From the NCBI GenBank assembly GCA_951406725.2, contig OX597817.1, positions 54,560,001-54,624,000 on the forward strand: 64,000 bases of DNA, in the 5' to 3' direction. The notes under the pieces were generated by a model. The model was not told the origin of the DNA, ran no database searches, and worked only from the letters and a program-made list of their open reading frames with translations. The position numbers and the translations under genes are program-made. The first letter of the stretch is position 1, and each line of letters opens with the position of its first letter. Positions 55,401 to 64,000 of this stretch are shown in pieces. Source of the DNA: Octopus vulgaris (lineage: Eukaryota).

Positions 55401-55456
55401 AAGTCTCTCAGGAACGGGATCTTTGTCCTGTTACTGAGTGTTTGCAGTCCTCTGAT
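52415..55456 (-). mobile_element. CR1/L2-group LINE with short 3' UTR and (AATC)n tail; 5' end lost in (TA)n
   Basis: ORF2, 3' UTR at 52443-52510 and (GATT)n at 52415-52442. Confidence 0.9.
52511..55456 (-). CDS. LINE ORF2: APE endonuclease plus reverse transcriptase (about 980 aa open; native start missing)
   Basis: APE motifs IRGL, LTETHL, GDFN, LDL, SDH; RT motifs NYRPISLTS, YLDFAKAFDKV, GVPQGTVLGPLLF, YADD, DLG; no stops. The ORF-track extension to 55612 is microsatellite read-through. Confidence 0.92.
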   Translation of the reverse strand: MRGLQTLSNRTKIPFLRDFVACNQALCIALTETHLKPDIADAELHIPQYAVLRTDRKERSHGGVAMYIREDLTPQVLLSYSNSVCDTLIVHIRQLDVVVCATYRPPDAPSHVGKFEDCLIKIEEILTTLEQHIGVLLMGDFNRPNVRWPEGLSLPGMTRCERGQARSLLNLINTLYMEQVILQPTRAGNTLDLCFTNDMDLIHNVKVTPTLLSDHNMIELTMYGPKESTDMQPTRNPQNLSSLNYHKANWKQIEKEILKQNWPKCLSSPDIDVKLQQFMSVMQAICYKCVPERKATVHKNKIPRERKILMRRRTKFSNRLNKQIESSEKSRLKIKLLEIEKCLQLSHEKERADKEAWAIENIKSNPRAFYRYAKETATVHCRIGPLLEKDGTLTGKPMRVSEILNEQFKSVFTPPLGHLQITNPTDFFTTADIKSEAATIDYIDIKEDDVTKAIDEMKTDSATGPDGFPAILLKACKRVLARPLQFLFQSFLAAGKLPGKLKEGKICPIHKGGSRAEAKNYRPISLTSHISKVMERIVRRKLITFLEENDLLPDTQHDFRPGRSCLTQLLQHYDWVLKRLLNHSNVEVTYLDFAKAFDKVDHGMICHKLRDLNIVGKLGEWLHDFLKDRSQVVVANGATSINTQIVSGVPQGTVLGPLLFIMALSDMPSATQRATITSYADDTKVSQAIQNPEDTKHLQCELDEIYKWAEKNSMQFNAGKFQALYYQHAKLNAIPNEYTGPGGIAIPEAQSVRDLGIHMSDDATFHVHVAKLTMKCRRLAGWILRTFRTREQETMMVLWKTLVLSHFDYCSQLWSPSSVKLITELEAIQRSYTKKIASMQNVSYWERLKRLKLYSLERRRERYAIIYIWKILEGSVLNFGIESYANARTGRHCVVPRTPNLPSRCRTRFCDSLGFRGPQLFNILPKNLRDLHGVDTDVFKMKLDLFLSGVPDEPTSQQEGQMRAAASNSLMHQIAVARKPP

Positions 55457-55467
55457 ATATATAAATG

Positions 55468-55539
<72 letters not shown>

Positions 55540-56132
55540 CATATATACATATGTGTGCATATACATACACCGAAGTGCACATAAGTACTTTACTGTATAA
55601 AAACAAAACCATTTCTTTTTATCCCTTTTTCTTTTCTAAATATCAAAAGTGAAATAGTTTTACCACTGATCTAACATCAATAAATTCCATGACCTGATTA
55701 CCCAGCGGTAACAGTATTAGTCTAGTCTAGAACTGGGTTCCAACCCTATTAAATTACACTCAACCATCATCGCATTGATCCCGTACCATTCCACATAAAT
55801 GTGGGACAAAATATATACATATTAGGCAACTACATCAAGTTGCCTAATATGTACAATTAGTGTGTCACACACCGAGTTTGAGTATGACAAGAGGACCTGG
55901 GGTGTGAGGTCCTCACGGATGTACATAGCAACACCTCCATGACTCCTTTCTTTCCTGTCGGTCCGTAGTACAGCATACTGTGGTATGTGTAACTCCGCAT
56001 CTGCTATGTCCGGTTTCAGGTGCGTTTCCGTAAGTGCTATGCATAAGGCTTGATTGCATGCAACAAAGTCTCTCAGGAACGGGATCTTTGTCCTGTTACT
56101 GAGTGTTTGCAGTCCTCTGATATATATAAATG

Positions 56133-56184
<52 letters not shown>

Positions 56185-56456
56185 CATATATACATATGTG
56201 TGCATATACATACACCGAAGTGCACATAAGTACTTTACTGTATAAAAACAAAACCATTTCTTTTTATCCCTTTTTCTTTTCTAAATATCAAAAGTGAAAT
56301 AGTTTTACCACTGATCTAACATCAATAAATTCCATGACCTGATTACCCAGCGGTAACAGTATTAGTCTAGTCTAGAACTGGGTTCCAACCCTATTAAATT
56401 ACACTCAACCATCATCGCATTGATCCCGTACCATTCCACATAAATGTGGGACAAAA
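55162..56456. repeat. Tandem duplication of about 650 bp (55162-55811 / 55827-56456) spanning the LINE 5' junction
   Basis: Copies match apart from (TA)n length; fold-back at the junction. Confidence 0.92.
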
Positions 56457-57123
56457 GATATACTCTGAAATTTGATAATAAAAAAACAGAGGCGAATTCT
56501 CTATTTATCTAATGAACTAGAAAGAGAGTGAGTTATTACAGTAAAAAATAGCACTAGATCTACTATCGAAGAGAAAAAAATCAGACATTAAAAAATAGAT
56601 GAGGCATGAAGACAAGGGGGAGAGATCCTAGCAAGAAAATATTAAAACAATTGATCCGAGCAAAGACGATCTGGATTAAAGGGGAAATAAACCAAACGAG
56701 TGGACAGCTTCAAAGAGAAAACACAGATATTGGAAATGAATAGAAAAACAACTTCTACTGAAAGAGTCGATAAAAAAATTCAATGTATGTACGTATATAT
56801 ATATATATATATATATATATGCATATATATACATACATATACATATATATATACATATTTATACATATATATACACACATACATATACATTTATCTGTTT
56901 GTGTATATATATATATACATGTGTGTGTGTGTAGACATATATATTGCTATCTATCTGTCTGTCTCTATAGTTATCACACACATACAGAGTCTGTCTGATT
57001 ATATACACACACACATAAATATATTTACATATCTGTAGATGTGCATGCATATATATTTGTATATATATATATATACGTATATATACACATATACACATGC
57101 ATATATATACATATATGTATCTC

Positions 57124-57186
<63 letters not shown>

Positions 57187-57220
57187 CATGTACATACATA
57201 TATATACATATATGTATATT

Positions 57221-57822
57221 TAACGTTCAGGACCAGAGAGAAGGAAACCATGATGGTCCTCTGTAGGACACTCATCCTCAACCTCCCAGCTATGGTCACC
57301 TAACAGTGTAAAATTAACAGCGGATCTTGGAGCAATGCAGCGAAGCTTCACAAAACAGATCGTTTCATTACAACAGTTCAGCTACTGGGGAAGGCTGAAA
57401 GAGCTAAGACTCTACTCCCTGGAGTGAAGGCGGTAGAGGTGTGCAGTAATATACATGTGGAAGATCCTGGAAGGAATTGTGTCAAATTCTAGAATTCAAA
57501 GCTACACCAATGCTAGAACGGGTCGACACTGCACAGTGTGAAACATCCCAGCAATGCCATCGCGCTTCAGAACCAGTTACTGCAACAGCTTGGGTTTTAG
57601 GGCCCACGGTTTTTTTTTATTCTTCCAAAGAATCTGAGGGACTTACACAAAGTGGATGTAGGTGTTTTCAAATCAAAACTGGTCCTCTTCCAGTCGTGAG
57701 TCCCAGAGAGGTGCAAATGAGGGTAACGACATCAAACTCCCTTATTCACCAAATGCCACATATTAGAAGAGGCTCTCAATAATAACAGCTTAGCAAAACG
57801 GCGGTGCCCCAGCATGGCAACA
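57221..57822 (+). mobile_element. Diverged 3' fragment of the same CR1/L2-group LINE family, opposite orientation
   Basis: [13 protein letters not shown]... and GGCGGTGCCCCAGCATGGC tail; many stops and frameshifts. Confidence 0.85.
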
Positions 57823-57825
57823 ATA

Positions 57826-57985
57826 TGATAGATCGGTAGCCACTACACACATTTTTTTCTCTCCTTGTTTTTTTTTTCTGTCCCTTTCTGTAGAAGAGCG
57901 TAGGCTCGAAACGTAGAGCGTTATACTAATACATCTGTTTGTTTTCTAAACCACTTGTCTTCGTCTTTTGTTTTTTTCGCGAACT
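57826..57985 (+). mobile_element. Family E element with HHR-like motif at 57884-57918
   Basis: CTTT-CTGTAGA-A-GAGC-GTAG-GCTC-GAAA-CG-TA, followed by a deletion relative to the other copies. Confidence 0.7.
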
Positions 57986-58010
57986 CTCCCTATACCTATC
58001 TATCTCTCTC

Positions 58011-58127
<117 letters not shown>

Positions 58128-58162
58128 ATATATATATATACGTATGTATATATATGTATTTA

Positions 58163-58226
<64 letters not shown>

Positions 58227-58704
58227 TACATATCTGTATATGTATATGCATATATGTATATATATATATATGTTATAAAGTAAAAGGAGGAAAAATTACA
58301 TAAAAATATCACAGAAGATATACTTCTATAATATAAATAATATTGTATTAATAGATAAGTATATAAAGTATGATAATTTACAAAGGTTTGATATATCCTT
58401 CGAACGTTACCCTTCGAAATGAAATCCAAAATTGATAATCATTATTAGGTACTTTATCCACTCATCAGAAAAAAATGGGTGAATTTCCGTGTAGTCAAAC
58501 GAATGAGAGAGATGCTTTATTACCCACAAGTGGTCAACATAGAGGGGACTGTACAAGGTGGGGACAAAACAGCATCAAGGTAAAGGATGTATAAAATAAT
58601 GGATGCAAATGAAGAATGAAACGCTCCTCCCCCTCCCCCTGTTAAATATTAAATGAAATAGCGAAATACATCCCTTTGAAGGAATTATTTTCCCCATCGT
58701 TTGA

Positions 58705-58774
<70 letters not shown>

Positions 58775-58801
58775 CATATACACATAAGTATATGTATACT
58801 T

Positions 58802-58840
<39 letters not shown>

Positions 58841-58874
58841 TATACATATATTCTTAGATGTGTGTATATATATA

Positions 58875-58914
<40 letters not shown>

Positions 58915-59699
58915 CATGTGTATATGTATATATATGTGCTTAGATGTGTGCATATATATAACAATATATTTTTATGGCGACATGTGTATTTGTGTGTGTG
59001 TGAGTGTGTGTGTTTGTGTGTGTGTATGTATGTGTGTATGTGTGTGTGTATATGCATGTATGTGTATGCGCGTGTGCGTGTCTGTATGTGTTTGTGTGTG
59101 TGTGTGTGAAAGCTCTTAACGGCATCTTCAGATAACTTTCGAATTGTCCAGCTTCTCCGTTTCCATGGTTCCATCATAAATATCCTTTCCATAGGTTTTC
59201 CTCCCAATGTTTCGAGATGAACTGGTCGTAGATTATTTATTTAAATATCTGTAAAACTTTGACTGACACTGCTCTGTGCTACTGTAGAACATTTCGAAAA
59301 CAATTTCCTCATAGAAGGACATACACTGAGTTAGAATCGAATGGAATACGAAAACCTGCCCCTACAACATTATAAATATTATAATAAATGCATATCATTA
59401 ACAGCTGAAAAGAATTCTACAGTTGATGCAGTTACCAATTATTAGGATGAAAGTATGCAACCAGTATGTAACAATTATAATTGTGTAACAATAACGTTTA
59501 ATAATTCACTTCAGAGGCTGAAATCAATAGACGTGTGGTTACTTAAGGGCATAACTATATTAATTTCTCAGTATCAAATGAATAAAGGTTACCAAAATTG
59601 AAGTCCAGTCGCCTGTCTTACCATGCAGGAACAAAATCATGCAAACTATCCTTTAAAACTGGTTTAAAATTTTGGCACAAGTATTGCAGTTTCGGGGTT

Positions 59700-59990
59700 A
59701 ATATAACTGGTAATTAACGTTAATTACCGACCCCGAAAGGATGAAAGGTAAGGTCGACTTCGACGGAATTTGAACCTACAACGTAAAGCAGGACAAAAAG
59801 CTTCTAAGCGTTTTTGCCCGCCGTGCTAGCAGAACAATTCTTCAATATAGGTTTCATATTCTGGCACAAGACCAGAAATCTTGGGAGAGCGTGTCAGTCG
59901 ATGCTACTAACCCCAGTGTTCAACTGGTACTATTTTGTCGGCACCGAAACAATGAAAAAACAGTCGACCTCGGTGGAATTTGAACTCAGA
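59700..59990 (-). mobile_element. Two diverged SINE family B fragments
   Basis: CGACCCCGAAAGGATGAAAGG and GTCGACCTCGGTGGAATTTGAACTCAGAAC. Confidence 0.7.
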
Positions 59991-60012
59991 ACTATCTATC
60001 TATCAAGAAATA

Positions 60013-60108
<96 letters not shown>

Positions 60109-60111
<3 letters not shown>

Positions 60112-60442
60112 GGCATATGGCTAATTGGTTAGAGCGTCGAGCTTACGATCGTGTGTTTGTGAGTTCGATTCCCGGACCGGGCTGCATGTTGTGTTATCGA
60201 GCAAGACACTTAATTTCACGTTGCTCCAGTTCACTCCGCTGTAGAAATGAGTTGCGACGTCACAGGTTTCAAGCTGTATCGGCCTTTGCCTTTCCCTTGG
60301 ATAACACTGGTGGTGTGGAGAGGAGAGGCTGGTATGCATGGGTGACTGCTGGCCTTCCTTAAACAACCTTGCCCGGTCTTGTGCCTCGGATGGTAATCTT
60401 CTAGGTGCAATCCCATGATCATTCATGACCGATGGGTGTCTC
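60109..60442 (+). mobile_element. tRNA-derived SINE family D
   Basis: A box TGGCTAATTGG, B box GAGTTCGATTCC, CORE-like GAGCAAGACACTT shared with 61626, but a different 3' half. Confidence 0.7.
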
Positions 60443-60463
60443 AGTTCATATATATATATATAA

Positions 60464-60508
<45 letters not shown>

Positions 60509-61311
60509 GCATGTGTGTAAGTGTGAGTCTGTGTGTGTGTGTGTGTGTCTGTTATGCGGCTTATTATTTATGATTTTGTTCTGCTACGAGTTTCCTTTCA
60601 GCTTAATCGATTTTAGCAATCGTAATAAAAAATATTAAGGAAAAAGACTCTGCAACCTGTGTAATGTGGAGATATACTAAATATTATCTAATACATTTGG
60701 CATATTAAATAGCAAGAAAAAATTTACTTAGTCGACACCAGCAAAGTATTCGAACGGTATCTAGATGCCGGATGTAGATGGCCGTCACGCCGTAAGCTTA
60801 TCAAGATCCATACCGGATGCCATCAAACGGAAGTCCGCAACACGATGTCTCATTAGTGCCGTATCATCCAAATGTACCGGAATTCTTTCTACCAGTCAGC
60901 TCCATCTGAAGAATGCCTTCGGGCATGATGCTTTCACAAACAAAGTATAAAATAGTTGCAGCTAATACATGACAGACATATTACTCTATCTATGATGTCA
61001 GGCATTTTTTCTTTTGCTTCGTTTGTGAAAGTTAATTTGTATCTGGCTACATTTAGTAATACATAGTTGATAATTAGGCGCGCGCGCGCGCGCGCGTGTG
61101 TGTCTGTGTGTGTGTACGTGTTTGTGTGTGTGTGAGTGTGTGTTTATGCGTGTGTGTGTGTTTGCTCGCATTAGGATCCTTACGGAATTATAGGATCGTA
61201 TCGATCGAGGAGATGTGATGCGACGGAGCAACGGATTGAATCTCCAGCTTTATGCATATTAAAAATATATCGTATATATGTGTATGAGAGTATATATATA
61301 TATATTTTTTT

Positions 61312-61518
61312 TCTTTACTACCCACAAGGGGCTAAACACAGAGGGGACAAACAAGGACAGACAAAGGGATTAAGTCGACTACATCGACCCCAGTACGTAA
61401 CTGGTACTTAATTTATCGACCCCGAAAGGATGAAAGGCAAAGTCGACCTCGGCGGAATTTGAACTCGGAACGTAACGACAGACGAAATACGTGCTAACGT
61501 TTCTACCAGCTCGCCGCC

Positions 61519-61520
<2 letters not shown>
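61312..61520 (-). mobile_element. SINE family B
   Basis: Homolog of 22102-22333 with a small deletion. Confidence 0.88.
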
Positions 61521-61558
<38 letters not shown>

Positions 61559-61624
61559 GAACTATCAATACACACACAGAGATACGCGCGCGCGCACACA
61601 CACACAGAGTAAAAACGAGAGATT

Positions 61625-61950
61625 GAAGGCGCCTTGCTTAGTGGTTAGGGTGTTCGGTTAACGATCGTTAGGTCGTGAGTTCGAATCCTGGCGCCGCGTT
61701 TTGTCCTTAAGCAAGGCACTTTGTTTCACGTTGCTCCAGTCCACTTATCTGGCAAAAGTAAGTTGTACCTGTAATTCAAAAGGGCCAGCTTCGTCACATT
61801 CTGTATCACGATGTATCTCCCTGAGAACTACTTTGAGGGTACGCGTGTCTGTGGAGTGCTCAGCCATTTGCACGTTACTTTCACGAGCATGCTGTTTTTG
61901 TTGATCAAACCAACTGGAACACTAGTCGTCGTTACCGACGGAGTACCAGT
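61625..61950 (+). mobile_element. tRNA-derived SINE family C
   Basis: A/B boxes (GCTTAGTGG, GAGTTCGAATCC); 3' half homologous to 28905-29080. Confidence 0.75.
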
Positions 61951-62056
61951 GATTAGCGATGGAAGCGGTATTAACACCGAACGACAATACCACAAATAAT
62001 ATTGTATTCGCCTTGGGATGTCTTGCCATATTGACGTACAGTGTATATCTATACCT

Positions 62057-62131
<75 letters not shown>

Positions 62132-62944
62132 CATATATATAATCTCCATACAAACACTTTGACACGTATATATACATACACATGCATGCGTACATACAGA
62201 CACATATACATGCATGCATTCATACATATATACATACATGCATGCATACATACATGTTGAAACATAGCATCTGTTCAAGACTTGTGAATTAAAAAAAAAT
62301 GGTTGAATACATGATTTAGACTGACAGAAACATAATAAATATTGGTAGAATTATTTGCCGAAACCAAACACTGTAGGAACTACAGAACCATATAATGTCC
62401 ACAGCTTTTGTCTTTCAATCTATTCTTTATCTCAATTTGATCTTATAACCTTTCTTTATGTGTTCCACCACACTCATCCAGCCACAGTTCCAAAATCCAT
62501 TCCGATCAGACATGGTTTCTTCTGGATTGTTAAAGCTAGACATTGCCGTAATACAGAAGGCGTCTGTAAACTTACATAGAAAGTGTCCCATCAGAATTAG
62601 CTTGACATGGATTTTATTCCTTCTATTGATAAAGTGATGGTAGTGGGGGAGACTATGCTTGTCAAAGAGGATAGATGTAAGGGGGCGGGCAGGTGGGGGT
62701 GGCGAAGTCTGTTATGGAACTGATGTTGAGGATGGAAGTGACAGCGGAAATTCCCTGGTGAACTGACTTACGTTGAGTTGAAATTTTCTGTGTATATATA
62801 TGGCGGAATAAAGAAGGCTGGGAAAGAACGAAGTGGATAGAGTGGAGTGTGGGAATGCATACGTGTATGATGCAGAGAACAGGGGTGAAGGTGTGTCTAG
62901 CCACATGCTTTTCAGTGTGTGCACTTGAATGTATCTTATGTAAC

Positions 62945-63120
62945 TTGTTTTAGTTACTTAGCCGCGGCCACACCGGGGCGAAGCGCTTCGGAAACTTTTC
63001 TCAGACGAACGGATCGAAACCATGAGTTATTTCTAAAACCTCGTACTTATTTCATCAGTATCTTTTGATACATGCATAAACAAACCAACACCGGTTGTCA
63101 AATGGTGCTGGGAAATAAAT
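62945..63120 (-). mobile_element. Decayed SINE family A, 3' half
   Basis: AAACAAACCAACACCGGTTGTCAA motif and tail remnant. Confidence 0.55.
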
Positions 63121-63154
63121 TACAGGCAAGCACCTCCTCTCATATATATATATA

Positions 63155-63293
63155 TATATACATATTAGAGGGGAACCACTATGTGGACACATTTATGCTA
63201 GAATTAGATCCGCTATGGTCGTAGTAAGACCAGACCTGATCTATTTCTAGCATAAGGGTGTCCACATAGTGGTTTTCCTCTAATATGTATATA
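63155..63293. repeat. Imperfect inverted repeat of about 55 bp next to (TA)n
   Basis: 63155-63210 versus 63238-63293, with a few mismatches; spacer contains TGGTC/GACCA hairpin. Confidence 0.88.
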
Positions 63294-63395
63294 AAACAAT
63301 TTTGCTGAACGTTCAGTTTTTTTATATGCTAGACCACTGGTGTGAAATCAATGTTAATTAAATTAGTATCTAATTTCTCACCCTCATTTTAAATT

Positions 63396-63494
<99 letters not shown>

Positions 63495-64000
63495 AAAATG
63501 CACACACAGACATATATAGAGATACTTGATCAAAGTGGGTATATAAAGAATCGAAGTATAACAAAGTGAGGCATGTCACAATTATTGGCTAGACAAATTA
63601 ACGCAAATCAGATAGGTAATCCATCATAATGTTCCCATCCTAATGTTAAATAGATTATGCACTTTTCAGAAGAAATTTGAATGCCCGCTAGGAAATAAGT
63701 GCCTGACCAAAAACGTTGTATTTAAATAAAAATGTTAAGACTAATTTACGTACTTTCATTCACGTAATTTCCACTTCTTCCATTTCTAAATCATGATTAT
63801 GTAATCATCTTCATACATTTAGATGAAGAGATAAAGCAAAAACAACAGTGTTCTCCGCAAAAGACTGGGACTTTAATGACAAAAATAACTATTATCATCT
63901 ATTGGAACATCGCTCGTCACGCTAAAATTTATGTTAGTGTTAGATATGGTTGCAATCTCTGCAGCTTGGAAAGGTTGAAAATCTTAAAATGTGCATTTGA

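Noticed and set aside
55457-55612. N-terminal extension of the 1033-aa ORF
   Set aside because: YI repeats from (TA)n plus flank; not part of the LINE protein
59112-59137. Minus-strand CTGAAGATGCC HHR 5' half
   Set aside because: No GAAA half; the sequence runs into a (CA)n tract
60906-60930. CTGAAGA followed by an ATGCC-TTCG-GGCAT hairpin
   Set aside because: Followed by GATG rather than GAAA, with no stem III or stem I
61625-61700. tRNA genes at SINE heads (also at 60109 and 29200-29272)
   Set aside because: No complete cloverleaf; they continue into SINE bodies

Overview
Repeat-saturated, AT-rich eukaryotic DNA with no host protein-coding gene that I can support. The (TA)n/(CA)n/(TATC)n/trinucleotide microsatellites and tRNA-derived SINE families look like octopus/cephalopod genomic DNA (inference). 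Standard content: four tRNA-derived SINE families, a near-intact CR1/L2-group LINE ORF (APE+RT, minus strand, 52.4-55.5 kb), fragments of L1/Tx1-like and (TAA)n-associated R4/Dong-like LINEs, Tc1/mariner, pogo, hAT and piggyBac-type MITEs or remnants, and non-autonomous Helitrons. The main signal is about 17 minimal type I hammerhead-ribozyme (HHR) motifs, roughly half well formed and the rest decayed, in several unrelated short elements mostly at (TA)n tracts. They have palindromic (dimer-type) stem III and recurrent non-canonical cores (CCGANGA, CUGUNGA, possibly U3-A8). They occur as a 445-bp tandem dimer, as a circularly permuted 360-bp head-to-head concatemer and as other head-to-head inverted pairs. 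One lies directly 3' of a Penelope-like GIY-YIG remnant. Together this suggests a Penelope-mobilised, retrozyme-like circular-RNA system associated with TA microsatellites. All folds and alignments were done by eye, and element boundaries are approximate.
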